From the NCBI GenBank assembly GCA_038728585.1, contig JAVYTR010000002.1, positions 350,369 to 382,368 of the forward strand: 32,000 nt of DNA, in the 5' to 3' direction. The notes under the pieces are model-generated. The model was not told where the DNA came from, searched no databases, and saw only the letters and a list, made by a program, of their open reading frames with translations. Below are positions 9,122-18,062 of this stretch, in pieces. A program made the translations under genes and the position numbers. This stretch comes from Conexivisphaerales archaeon (GTDB taxonomy: Archaea > Thermoproteota > Nitrososphaeria > Conexivisphaerales > DTJL01). Position 1 is the first letter of the stretch; every line of letters starts with the position of its first letter.

Positions 9122-10414
9122 TTATTGCTTTACAGCAGGAATGAACTCCTGACCATTCAGATATTTCCTGAGAACTCTGGGAACCTCGAATCCTTCTCCG
9201 CTTTGATAGTTCTCCATGATAGCTATCATCGCCCTCTCCGTTGCTACAAGTGTTGAGTTGAGGGTATGAGCATACTGTGGCTCTTCTCCCATTTTATCCC
9301 TGAACTTTATTCCCAGCCTTCTGGCCTGCCAGTCTGTGCAGTTTGAAGCTGAGACCATCTCTCTGTACTTGCCTTGCCCGGGAAGCCATGCTTCAAGGTC
9401 ATACTTCTTGGCTGCAGGAGCCCCTAGCTCTCCAGAGCAGATGTTCACAATTCTGTAAGGTATTCCCAGAGACTGAAAGAAGTCTTCCGCGTTCTTTATC
9501 AGCCTTTCATGCTCCTTCTCCGAATCTTCAGGCTTGCAGAATACGAACTGCTCCACCTTTTCAAACTGATGAACCCTGAATATTCCCTTTGTATCCCTGC
9601 CATGAGCACCTGCTTCTTTCCTGAAGCATGGAGAAATGCCAGCATATCTGAACGGCAGCTTCTTTCCATCTAATATCTCCTTCATATGAAAGGCGAGTAT
9701 TGCATGCTCAGATGTAGTCAGAAGGTAGAGGTCTTCGCCCTCTACTTTGTATATTGAATCCTCAAACGCAGCAAGGTCTACAGCTCCCTTCATTACATCT
9801 CCCTTCAGCATGTATGGTGGTTGAAGAAGCTTCATGCCCCTTTCTGTGCAGAAGTCAAGGCCGTACTGGATCAGAGCATGGTTTAGCCTAACCAGGTCGT
9901 TGATGAGATAGTAGAATCTTGCTCCAGATGTTTGAGCTGCCTTCTCGACATCGATCAGCTCAAGCTGAAGACCGAGCTCTATGTGGTCTCTCGGCTTGGT
10001 AAGCTGCCTTATCTCTCCCCAGCTTCTTATCACTACATTCTCCTCTTCGCTACCGCCCTCAGGAACAGAATCGAGCACAACGTTTGGCATCCTGAATTCA
10101 AGGACAGAAAGCTCTTCCTCGACAGAATTCAGCTTGGCCTCGAGAGATGATATCCTTTCACCTACTTCTTTCATCTCGAGTATCTGACTGCTTGCATCCT
10201 TCCCTTCCCTCTTCATCGAAGCTACTTGATCTGTCACTACATTTCTTCTGTGTCTCAGCTCCTGCAGCTCCTTTATTATTGCCCTTCTTTGAACGTCAAG
10301 TTCGAGAAGCCTGTCGAGAGGATAATCAACCCTTCTCTTCTTCAGAAACGATTCGACAAGGGTTCTGTTCTCTCTTATGAATTTGAAGTCTAGCAAACTA
10401 ACCACCCATGGCAT
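9122..10414 (-). CDS. serS: seryl-tRNA synthetase
   Basis: 430 aa. It has an N-terminal coiled-coil arm and class II motifs (FRKEAGAHGRDTKGIFRVHQFEKVEQF; GELGAPAAKKYDLEAW; NCTDWQARRL; HTLNST..A..R). Confidence 0.95.
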   Translation of the reverse strand: MPWVVSLLDFKFIRENRTLVESFLKKRRVDYPLDRLLELDVQRRAIIKELQELRHRRNVVTDQVASMKREGKDASSQILEMKEVGERISSLEAKLNSVEEELSVLEFRMPNVVLDSVPEGGSEEENVVIRSWGEIRQLTKPRDHIELGLQLELIDVEKAAQTSGARFYYLINDLVRLNHALIQYGLDFCTERGMKLLQPPYMLKGDVMKGAVDLAAFEDSIYKVEGEDLYLLTTSEHAILAFHMKEILDGKKLPFRYAGISPCFRKEAGAHGRDTKGIFRVHQFEKVEQFVFCKPEDSEKEHERLIKNAEDFFQSLGIPYRIVNICSGELGAPAAKKYDLEAWLPGQGKYREMVSASNCTDWQARRLGIKFRDKMGEEPQYAHTLNSTLVATERAMIAIMENYQSGEGFEVPRVLRKYLNGQEFIPAVKQ

Positions 10415-10646
10415 CTATGCTTTGCAGAGCTAGCTGGCATGACTTCAGCACATCATCTGCCGTGGAAATAAGTGTATCTGGCTTTGAAGATGAATGCAGC
10501 ATGACAGAGATTACCCTATCACTGATTCTCATATCAAGGCTCAACGAGTCTGGTAAGGCAACGTTGTCAGGTAGAAGCGACTTGTAAACAGCTTCAGCCT
10601 GTTTTCTTGCATTGAACTTCAGGTCTATATTCACAGAAATTTCCAT
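10398..10646 (-). CDS. pcc1: KEOPS complex subunit Pcc1-like
   Basis: 82 aa. The size, the pattern (...AEAVYKSLLPDN...ISVMLHSSS...L.STADDVLKSCQLA) and the nearby kae1/bud32 genes fit Pcc1 (COG2892). It overlaps the serS start by 17 nt. Confidence 0.55.
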   Translation of the reverse strand: MEISVNIDLKFNARKQAEAVYKSLLPDNVALPDSLSLDMRISDRVISVMLHSSSKPDTLISTADDVLKSCQLALQSIDAMGG

Positions 10647-10647
10647 T

Positions 10648-12042
10648 TTAGCTTTTAACCTCTTTCCTCAGCCTTTCGACAAACTCCGATGCCTTGACAG
10701 AAGAAACCCTGGCTCCTGCCATTGTCCTGTGGCCTCCTCCTTCTCCATCACACTGCAGAGATACCTTTCTCACCACCTGCCCTACATCAACGTCAAGAGA
10801 ACAGGCAGAGCCCTTTCTGACGGAGAATTTGACCATGCCATCTCTTGTAGTAACCCTCAGAACTATCACCTTTTCCCTCACCCTCGGTACTACGGTCAAT
10901 GCGTTTGCAAGTGCTCCCGCCATCTGCTCATCAACAAGCCCCTCAGCACCAACCACAGCTACACTATCAGAGAAGGTGAGCCTCTCCTCGTCTGAAAGGA
11001 TAACCTTAATGCTTCTGAGTATCTGGTTCTTGTAATCGATCAGTAGCTTTTCTGCTTCTGTCAGGGCCTTTCCTCTGTCACCCAGGCAGACGCTTAACCC
11101 TGAGCCAGGCCTACCCATTCTGCCCGAAGCATCGAGCAGGAGTGCGAAATCCCTGGCATCTTTAAGAAAGGAATGTTCATCCTCTCTCTTTAGCAGATAG
11201 ACAGTCCCGACCACGCTTGAGATGCTGTCACCAGTGACCTGCAGATAGGATGTTAGCGTAAGCAATAGCTTATCTCTTTCTTCGTTTGAGAGGTCAGATG
11301 AAACCCTCCACCTGGATGATTTTTTCAGCTCAAGCTTTGCAGAAGTCAATACTGAGAGGCAGACATCCTTGTTCCCAGTAAGTCCCTGAATGAATGGGTC
11401 TGTAGTGTAGGCTATCGCTTCGTGCAAGGCCTTTACATCCCTGCCGAATAGCAGAAGCTCCTCAGCCACTTCAACCTGTGATGAATTCAAAGCATCCTGC
11501 AGGAAAAGCTCGTTCAGACCTATGAGAGACCTCTTTGACCCCACATCTTGCCTATCGCCGAGCGCTCCTATCAGAGAGAGCCACGCAGCTGAGTCAGGAT
11601 GAGGAAGCATCTCTCTGGATATCAGGTAAGCAAGGCCAGAACTAGACACTTCCTTTGAGCCGTCGAAGCCAAAGGTGTTTGCGTTGAGAGAGAGGAAGGA
11701 GTCAGAATCTCCCTGGGGGTTGTGATGCCCTATGAAGATTGCTTTGTCGCCCAGAACTTCAAATATCTGCCTCTCCTTTCCCCCAGCCAGTTCACAGAAT
11801 ACGTAATGACTGTAATTCTCTTCTGATAATTTCTCAAGCTCATCCTTCTCCAGAACATTCATGAACCTGGCATGAAAGATGCCACTATTTGCAAAGATAC
11901 TTTTGCAGATGATAGCAACAGTTGCTAATCCGTCAGCATCAGGCCTTCCTGCGACAAAGATACTGTCCTTTGACGATGCAGCCTTTTTCAGCCTCTGGCC
12001 GATTTCAGATGCCTTCTTCCTGAGCGCTTCGATATCGGCCAT
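10648..12042 (-). CDS. RecJ-like DHH/DHHA1 family protein (archaeal RecJ/Cdc45/GAN homolog)
   Basis: 464 aa. Motif I is GRPDADGLAT and the DHHA1 motif GGGH is present (GEGGGHRTMAGARV). The DHH position reads FIGHHNP. It lies next to rps15, a common context for archaeal RecJ homologs. Confidence 0.7.
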   Translation of the reverse strand: MADIEALRKKASEIGQRLKKAASSKDSIFVAGRPDADGLATVAIICKSIFANSGIFHARFMNVLEKDELEKLSEENYSHYVFCELAGGKERQIFEVLGDKAIFIGHHNPQGDSDSFLSLNANTFGFDGSKEVSSSGLAYLISREMLPHPDSAAWLSLIGALGDRQDVGSKRSLIGLNELFLQDALNSSQVEVAEELLLFGRDVKALHEAIAYTTDPFIQGLTGNKDVCLSVLTSAKLELKKSSRWRVSSDLSNEERDKLLLTLTSYLQVTGDSISSVVGTVYLLKREDEHSFLKDARDFALLLDASGRMGRPGSGLSVCLGDRGKALTEAEKLLIDYKNQILRSIKVILSDEERLTFSDSVAVVGAEGLVDEQMAGALANALTVVPRVREKVIVLRVTTRDGMVKFSVRKGSACSLDVDVGQVVRKVSLQCDGEGGGHRTMAGARVSSVKASEFVERLRKEVKS

Positions 12043-12061
12043 TCCATTTCAGCTCACGTCT

Positions 12062-12511
12062 TCAGGCCAGCTGTGCTACTACGCTTGAATACTTCCAGTT
12101 TTCAGGCAGCACACCGTTTTTCTTGTAGTATTTGGAAAGCCTGTGTATCTTTGCTTCAAGAAGCTCCAGCGAATGCACGTTCTTTCTGTCAGCCTTGTGC
12201 ACCTTCAGGTGAGCCTGAAGCCTTCTGGCTTTGTTCAGAAGGTTCTGCAGGTCCTCAGGAACGGAAGGCTCGACCTTCGCCTCTCTCAGCACTTGGGTTA
12301 TAGATTTGTTTATCAGCTTCTTAACCAGAGGAACGCCATATTCATCCCTCAGCTTGACACCTATTACACTTGGCGGATAACCCTCCTTTGCAAGCTTGAC
12401 TATCGTTGACTCTATCGCTTCAGGGTTCTGGTTTATCCACTGCGTTGATATTATAGAGGGCGGCCTGCTCGAGTGAGACTTGCCATGCCTGTGACTATGA
12501 ATTCTAGCCAT
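12062..12511 (-). CDS. rps15: 30S ribosomal protein S15 (uS15 / S13e type)
   Basis: 149 aa. MARIHSHRHGKSHS... and ...DLQNLLNKARRLQAHLKVHKADRKNVHSLELLEAKIHRL are typical archaeal S15. Confidence 0.9.
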   Translation of the reverse strand: MARIHSHRHGKSHSSRPPSIISTQWINQNPEAIESTIVKLAKEGYPPSVIGVKLRDEYGVPLVKKLINKSITQVLREAKVEPSVPEDLQNLLNKARRLQAHLKVHKADRKNVHSLELLEAKIHRLSKYYKKNGVLPENWKYSSVVAQLA

Positions 12512-12565
12512 CTTCCTTCCAAGCCTTTTTTGTGGGCCAATTAATAAATGTATAAAAGGAAATTT

Positions 12566-13132
12566 TCAGAGCTCTGAGTTCTCCTTCAGCCATTCAGCCA
12601 TCATTCTTAGAGCCCTTGCCCTGTGAGATATACTGCACTTCTCCTCAAGCTCCATCTCCCCAAGAGTCTTCTCCATCCCTTCAGGGATGAAGACAGGGTC
12701 GAAGCCAAACCCTTTGTCGCCTCTGACATTGTAACTGATTCTGCCGTCGATTCTCCCCTTGAAGACCTTTACCATATCCCTAATTCTAAGAGCTACAGCA
12801 GATTCAAAATATGCTGTTCTGTCTTCGCCCAAGAGCTTCAGCAGCCCCTCGTTTCCTATGGTCCGAAAGACGTATGCCGAAAAAGGCCCGGGGAAGCCCC
12901 TGAGCGAATTGACATACAAACCTGTATCCTCGACGAAGAATGGGTTTTGATTCTGGGGTACGAAACTTGCAGAGAATCTGGCAACCTCTCCAACATCATC
13001 GTCCTGAATCTCTACTCCCTTCATCGGTTTGGCCAGCACCTGTATTCCGTACGGGGCAAGGGTGAAGGCTGCTTCCTTCACCTTGTGGTTATTCGACGTT
13101 GCGAAGACCAGTTTCAAAACAGCTAACCCCAC
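12566..13132 (-). CDS. non-canonical purine NTP pyrophosphatase (HAM1/RdgB, dITP/XTPase)
   Basis: LVFATSNNHKVKE..., ...FVEDTGLYV..L.GFPG..S.., GFGFDP.F.P and SHRARAL are the Ham1 family signatures. Confidence 0.85.
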   Translation of the reverse strand: MGLAVLKLVFATSNNHKVKEAAFTLAPYGIQVLAKPMKGVEIQDDDVGEVARFSASFVPQNQNPFFVEDTGLYVNSLRGFPGPFSAYVFRTIGNEGLLKLLGEDRTAYFESAVALRIRDMVKVFKGRIDGRISYNVRGDKGFGFDPVFIPEGMEKTLGEMELEEKCSISHRARALRMMAEWLKENSEL

Positions 13133-13755
13133 TGACCCCTTGCATACCTGCCCCTCAGCTCTATAGCCTTTGACCTCTCCACAACTTCTTTACCTGCATC
13201 GCCCAGTCTGCTGACGTAGCTCTCCAGAACCTCTGAATACACCTCTTTGAATCTGTCAGGGATATCCGCTGACAGAATCTCCTTCAGAAGATGAATATCC
13301 ACTGCCTTGTCCTCTACATCTGTTGAATGGATTGAGAGCCCGAAATCAAGCGCATACAGCCTTCCATCTCTCAGTATGAAGTTACTTGTAGTCGGGTCGC
13401 CATGGATTATCCCTGCAGAATGAAGGGAGGCGAGAGCTTCACCAAGCTGTCTGCAAGCCTTCGTTACATTCCCTCCATCCTTAAGCAACAGCCTGAGGCT
13501 ATCGCCTCTGATATACTGCATTATAATTGTAGAATTTGCCATGTCAACAAAGTACACAGTTGGAGTCAGCACATTCACTTTTTTCGCTTCAACGAGTGTC
13601 CTAGCTTCTTTTATCGTCCTCTGTCTTCTGAGCTCTTCGTCAAGCTCCGCTATCATGTAGCCCCTTGGCTTTCTAACTTTGAATACAGCTTGCCTGCCCA
13701 TCCATTCCTTCAGCCATATCTCTGCCTCAGCCCCTTTCTTGATCAGCTTCTCCAT
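13123..13755 (-). CDS. bud32: KEOPS subunit Bud32 (small atypical Ser/Thr kinase)
   Basis: 210 aa. GAEAEIW..., a catalytic-loop HGDPTTSNFIL and an ALDFGLS motif. It overlaps the kae1 3' end by 13 nt. Confidence 0.8.
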   Translation of the reverse strand: MEKLIKKGAEAEIWLKEWMGRQAVFKVRKPRGYMIAELDEELRRQRTIKEARTLVEAKKVNVLTPTVYFVDMANSTIIMQYIRGDSLRLLLKDGGNVTKACRQLGEALASLHSAGIIHGDPTTSNFILRDGRLYALDFGLSIHSTDVEDKAVDIHLLKEILSADIPDRFKEVYSEVLESYVSRLGDAGKEVVERSKAIELRGRYARGQWG

Positions 13756-14741
13756 GGTATCTGCACCTCATCAACCCTCCACTTCTGTCTGACGAAGCCC
13801 TCTTCAGGTTTGACAGAGAAGCCCTGACTGTAATGCTTTGCTCCAGCCCAACCGATCTGAGAGCCACAGTCTCCTGAATATTCAATCGGCGGGACAAACA
13901 GCTTCGCCCCCTGCCTTTTGCACACTTCTTCGAGCATGATGGACAGCCTTCTGTTCGCAGCCACACCTCCCACAACAAGAAGCTCCTTCTTCTCAGTAAA
14001 CGCAAGTGCCCTTTCTGTAACTTCGCAGAGCATAGAGAATGCAGTCTCCTGCAGTGAATAGGCAATGTCCTCGACATTATTGCTTCCTATCAGCTTCTTG
14101 GCAGAAGTGAGCAGGCCTGAGAACGACATGTCGTTTCCCTTCACTGTATAGGGAAGCTGAATGTATTTGCTGCCCTTACCTGCAAGCTTTTCGACCTCAG
14201 CCCCACAGGGGCTTGACAACTTCAGCGCCCTCCCGAACTGGTCAAGAAGCTGGCCTATAGTTATGTCAAGGGTCTCTCCAAAGAACCTCCATCTTCCTCT
14301 GCTGCTGGAGAGAAGTGCTGTATGTCCGCCTGATACGAGCAGGCATACAGGGTCAGTCGCGCCTGTGAGCAGGCAGCCAAGCTCTATATGGCCTACGGCA
14401 TGGTTTACAGGTATCAGCGGCTTAGAAAAATATGAAGAAAGAGAACGCGCAACAACAGCCCCAACCCTCAGACAAGGCCCCAGCCCTGGACCTGCAGAGT
14501 AGGATATTGCTGTTATATCCTTCATCTTCACATTTGCCTTCTTCAGCGCTTCGTTCACTACATGAGGAGCATACTTCGCATGGTGGTGGGAAGCTTCGGC
14601 AGGATGTATTCCTGAGCCGTTTGTTCCTCTGTACACCTGCCTAACATCAGACATTATTCTTCCGTCAGAAGCAACAACTGCAGCACCAAAGGTATGCGCA
14701 GTGCTCTCTATGCCAAGGAACAGTAATCTCTTTGAATGCAT
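13743..14741 (-). CDS. kae1: tRNA N6-adenosine threonylcarbamoyltransferase Kae1
   Basis: 332 aa. LGIESTAHTFGAAVV, ...GIHPAEASHHH, PVNHAVGHIE and LLVSGGHT are typical Kae1/TsaD. It is not fused to bud32. Confidence 0.9.
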   Translation of the reverse strand: MHSKRLLFLGIESTAHTFGAAVVASDGRIMSDVRQVYRGTNGSGIHPAEASHHHAKYAPHVVNEALKKANVKMKDITAISYSAGPGLGPCLRVGAVVARSLSSYFSKPLIPVNHAVGHIELGCLLTGATDPVCLLVSGGHTALLSSSRGRWRFFGETLDITIGQLLDQFGRALKLSSPCGAEVEKLAGKGSKYIQLPYTVKGNDMSFSGLLTSAKKLIGSNNVEDIAYSLQETAFSMLCEVTERALAFTEKKELLVVGGVAANRRLSIMLEEVCKRQGAKLFVPPIEYSGDCGSQIGWAGAKHYSQGFSVKPEEGFVRQKWRVDEVQIPWRS

Positions 14742-14797
14742 CGTATTTGATAGATAGTAGCAATAAGATTTATCCTTTATTCAAAAGATACACCAGC

Positions 14798-15220
14798 ATG
14801 ATGAACCCAGCCATCGATTCTGCTCAGCTCAGCTTTTACCTGCATGCAACAGAGGATGAAGAGAAGGTGCTGAAGGCTCTTGGAGAGATGCTGAAAATTG
14901 ACAGGGAAAGACTGGAGAGGAGAAGGCTGGAGGGTCATTTCGGAAATGTGATCATCTCATATACAGCAAGACTGAGGGGTGATGAAGCAGCTGAACTCTG
15001 GAGCAGGGTGATTGATGGTATGAATTCTCTCGACAGGGATGAGCTGAGAAGAAGCCTGGAAGAAAGGCTTGAAGACAATTTGAGACTCCATTTAAGGCTG
15101 GACAAGCAGGCTCTGGTGCTTGGCAAGATCAGGCTAGCAGAGTCTGACCCAGTCAAGCTGGAGTTCAGATTCGCAAGAAAGGTAGCTGATGTCAAAGAGG
15201 TTCTGGAGGGTCTGGTTTGA
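14798..15220 (+). CDS. DUF54/COG1325 family protein (predicted exosome-associated RNA-binding subunit)
   Basis: FYLHATEDEEKVLKAL... is the characteristic HATED motif of this family. It sits immediately upstream of RNase P Rpp30/Pop5-like genes, as in the archaeal exosome superoperon. I start at the ATG-ATG at 14798 rather than the ORF-track 14732, which overlaps the kae1 start. Confidence 0.55.
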   Translation: MMNPAIDSAQLSFYLHATEDEEKVLKALGEMLKIDRERLERRRLEGHFGNVIISYTARLRGDEAAELWSRVIDGMNSLDRDELRRSLEERLEDNLRLHLRLDKQALVLGKIRLAESDPVKLEFRFARKVADVKEVLEGLV

Positions 15221-15783
15221 TAGATGTTGAGCCCCTGTTGAGTGATGCAGGGCCAGAGATGCTCAGGAGGCTGAAGCTTCTTGGCTACAGGTATTTCGGT
15301 ATCTTTCTCAGCGATAATGATGGTATCCAGAAGGATGCGATTGAACTGGGGCTCAGGGTGATATACTGGCAGCAAAGAAAGAGCGCAAAAGGGATTGAAG
15401 GATTCACAGCCAGCGCTCAGGTTGCTGCCTCAAGATTTACATTTTTGAAAATACCGCTGAACTTCCGTTTTCAGGAGACAAGAGCTTATGTCAGGAGATA
15501 TCAGAGCAAACTTGATGCCTTGGCTTTGAGCTTCAAAGAGATCAGGGAGATGTTTAAGCAAAACGATGCTTCCAGAATTGCTGACACAATAGGGAGGCTC
15601 AGGGCTCTGCTGCTCAGCACAAACACAGGATTGCTTGTCTACTCTGAAGCTGCTTCTCCGGAAGAGCTGGTTTCTCCTGTTTCATACGAATATCTCCTTT
15701 CGCTTATACTGAACAGAAACGAGCCGATGAATATGCTGAGAATGAAGAAGACTTATGATAGCCTGCTACAGGTGAGCATATGA
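15217..15783 (+). CDS. rnp3: probable RNase P protein component 3 (Rpp30-like), divergent and short
   Basis: The call rests mainly on conserved gene order (DUF54, Rpp30, Pop5) and a weak C-terminal resemblance (…VYSEAASPEEL.SP.SYEYLLSL versus the TSSA...P.D motif of Rpp30). It overlaps the upstream stop by 4 nt. Confidence 0.4.
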   Translation: MIDVEPLLSDAGPEMLRRLKLLGYRYFGIFLSDNDGIQKDAIELGLRVIYWQQRKSAKGIEGFTASAQVAASRFTFLKIPLNFRFQETRAYVRRYQSKLDALALSFKEIREMFKQNDASRIADTIGRLRALLLSTNTGLLVYSEAASPEELVSPVSYEYLLSLILNRNEPMNMLRMKKTYDSLLQVSI

Positions 15784-15786
15784 AAC

Positions 15787-16113
15787 ATGAAATACGTTAA
15801 GAGGTACTATGCTGTGCTCGGTAGATATGGAGATGTTTCCTTTCTTGACGAAGCTAGAAAGCTGCTTTACATGCTCGTAGGAGTTGAAAATGCTGCAAGC
15901 GTTCAGCTTTCAGTCATAAGAGACACTGACTGGGGGTTCATAATGAGCATGAGGGATTATTCTGGAAGAAATGCCAGAGTCTTGCCTTTTGTTTTGTCTC
16001 TCATCAGGGGGAATGATTGCTACCTGCAGTGCTTTGCTATATCAGGCACCCTAAAAGCACTTTCAGCAAAGCTTAAAGAGATGAGCATAGAATCAGCCAC
16101 TGGAATGAAGTGA
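15787..16113 (+). CDS. rnp2: RNase P protein component 2 (Pop5-like)
   Basis: 108 aa. An N-terminal KRYYAV, a central GFIMSMRD and a C-terminal AISGTLKAL resemble archaeal Pop5 (KRYI.F ... G.VRC.R ... VSGTIK). Confidence 0.6.
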   Translation: MKYVKRYYAVLGRYGDVSFLDEARKLLYMLVGVENAASVQLSVIRDTDWGFIMSMRDYSGRNARVLPFVLSLIRGNDCYLQCFAISGTLKALSAKLKEMSIESATGMK

Positions 16114-16171
16114 TCGCCGTCCCAGTCTGAGCCCGAGTGGCTTTGAAGACCTCGCGACGAACTGACCAAAA

Positions 16172-16444
16172 TTATTCTATTTTGAAACCGGTCTGGTTTA
16201 TCGGCTGAACCTCCTCCACTTCAACCCTGGTAACTGTCGACGAAGGGGGACCAATTCTGCAAGCATCTACCGCCATATCTACAGCTTCGTCCTCCCCCTC
16301 AAGCGCTACTTCAACTGAACCATCTGGCATGTTTCTGGCATATCCTGCCAGACCAAGAGCTATCGCCTGCCTTCTCACAAAATATCTGAACCCAACCCCC
16401 TGCACTATACCATATATCTTGAGCTTTACACGCTTTGTCATCAT
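16172..16444 (-). CDS. acyP: acylphosphatase
   Basis: 90 aa. VKLKIYGIVQGVGFRYFVRRQA..LGL.GYARN..DGSVEV is the canonical acylphosphatase signature. Confidence 0.9.
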   Translation of the reverse strand: MMTKRVKLKIYGIVQGVGFRYFVRRQAIALGLAGYARNMPDGSVEVALEGEDEAVDMAVDACRIGPPSSTVTRVEVEEVQPINQTGFKIE

Positions 16445-16474
16445 TGCGCACCCATAAGCGAAGTAGAATTGAAT

Positions 16475-16888
16475 TCAGACTACTTCTCTCAGTATGACCA
16501 TTGTGTTTGTGCTTGCGACTCCTTCAGTCTTCCTTATCTGGTCTATCGTGTTGTTGACCTCCTCCATGCTGAAGGCCTCTATAGTTATCGCTATATCATA
16601 CTGACCTGTTATTTCGTTGACCTTTCTCACTGCTGGAAGAAGTTTGATCTTATCTGCAACTTCGCTGGTTGGGGAGCCTGGGGTTACAGCTACGAGAGTA
16701 AGGGCGCTGGCTATCTGTGAGGCCTGCAGGTCTATCGTGAATTTCCTGATCACACCATTCTTTACCAGATTCTTTACCCTTCTTCTCACAGCAGCCTCTG
16801 ACATGCCTAGCTTGGATGCTATTTCCAAGTATGGAGCTCTGCCATCCTGCTGGAGGTACTTTATTATCGCTTGGTCTACCTTGTCCAA
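16475..16888 (-). CDS. Lrp/AsnC family transcriptional regulator
   Basis: 137 aa. An N-terminal HTH (D.AIIKYLQQDGRAPYLEIASKLGMSEAAVRRRVKNL...GVI) precedes a C-terminal RAM/ACT-like domain. Confidence 0.85.
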   Translation of the reverse strand: MDKVDQAIIKYLQQDGRAPYLEIASKLGMSEAAVRRRVKNLVKNGVIRKFTIDLQASQIASALTLVAVTPGSPTSEVADKIKLLPAVRKVNEITGQYDIAITIEAFSMEEVNNTIDQIRKTEGVASTNTMVILREVV

Positions 16889-16943
16889 CTTCAGGATAGC
16901 TTCCCTGTCAAACAGAGATTAAAACGTTTATACGGAGTGCCTT

Positions 16944-17375
16944 TTATAAATGATAGGAGTAGATTTCAAGCCTTCCTTTTTCTCCTTTCTGCAGATAAGC
17001 TATCATCTCTCTGGGGATATCTTTTGCAGCTGCACCAGCTTTCACTGCTAGGGTTCTTTCTGATATGAAGCTGCTCTTTCTTATCACCATGCTTACATTG
17101 CTTGTATGGCTGAGCTTGCTGCTTCCCATTGCAATGAATTCGAACTCCTTTTCAAGCACCTTTATCCTTATGATTACCTTGCTGTCGTCTCTTTCCAGCC
17201 AGAGCTTTGCTTCATCAGATAGATTGCTGCAGCTCTTATCAGCCAAGATGCCTATTATGCAGTCTCCCCTTAACGTCAAGTAATCCTCAGTAGTAACCTC
17301 AATGGTGGAGTTGTTCGTAGCTCTGACGTTTGAGTGGCCTGTAAAGTTTACAGTATCAAGAAGCCTGCCCTTCAA
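16944..17375 (-). CDS. DUF371 domain protein
   Basis: 143 aa. FTGHSNVRATNNSTIEVTTEDYLTLRGDCIIG... matches the DUF371 pattern (GHpNI.A.H.tT.E.T.e..lt..GDCIiG). Confidence 0.6.
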   Translation of the reverse strand: MKGRLLDTVNFTGHSNVRATNNSTIEVTTEDYLTLRGDCIIGILADKSCSNLSDEAKLWLERDDSKVIIRIKVLEKEFEFIAMGSSKLSHTSNVSMVIRKSSFISERTLAVKAGAAAKDIPREMIAYLQKGEKGRLEIYSYHL

Positions 17376-17387
17376 GGGAATCCCTTT

Positions 17388-18062
17388 TCAGTTCCAGTAT
17401 CTGTAGCTCTGCTTCAGGGGGACAAAGCTGACCCAAGTTATCGAAGTTTCTGTGAGTCTTGATTCTTCGTCCTTTCTGACCTTGACAAGCCTCTGAGCAA
17501 AAGGTCCACCTACAGGTGCCAGAAGTATTCCGTTTCTCTTCAATTGTGATTTCAGTATGCCTGGCAAAACTGAACATGCAGCTGTAACTGCGATTCTGTC
17601 GTATGCCTGCCTGGCTATACCAGCAGGTAAACCTGCAGAGCCGTCAGCGTTCACCACTTCAACGCAATCCGAATAGCCTGTCTTCTGAAGGTTGTTCTTT
17701 GCAAATACAGCCAGCCTGCTGTCGAGTTCTACAGTTATGACCCTAGCAGAGTTACCTACTATTTCTGCTATCAGGGCTATGTTGTAGCCGCTTCCTGTCC
17801 CTATCTCAAGGACAGAATGCTCCTGTTGAAGCTCCATCTCCTCAAGCATGAGAGCAACCATGTGAGGAGCTGAAATAGTCTGGCCTGTATCTCCGAGAGG
17901 AAGGGGAGAATCATCATAGGCCCTTTCAGCATAACCCTGCCAGACAAACTCCTCTCTGGGAACTTTCAACATGGCTCTTTCCACTCTGCTTGAGATTATT
18001 ATCTTCTGCTCCTTCAGCATGTTGACTAGCAACCTTCTTCTCTGCTCAAATGTAAGGTTCAT
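17388..18062 (-). CDS. pcm: protein-L-isoaspartate O-methyltransferase
   Basis: 224 aa. AYDDSPLPLG.GQTISAPHMVA.MLE and the SAM motif VLEIGTGSGYN.A match the family. Confidence 0.85.
   Translation of the reverse strand: MNLTFEQRRRLLVNMLKEQKIIISSRVERAMLKVPREEFVWQGYAERAYDDSPLPLGDTGQTISAPHMVALMLEEMELQQEHSVLEIGTGSGYNIALIAEIVGNSARVITVELDSRLAVFAKNNLQKTGYSDCVEVVNADGSAGLPAGIARQAYDRIAVTAACSVLPGILKSQLKRNGILLAPVGGPFAQRLVKVRKDEESRLTETSITWVSFVPLKQSYRYWN

Noticed and set aside
12623-13126. 167-aa plus-strand ORF
   Set aside because: It is entirely antisense to the well-supported HAM1/RdgB gene. Its translation is low-complexity and has no recognisable motifs. It is a typical shadow ORF.
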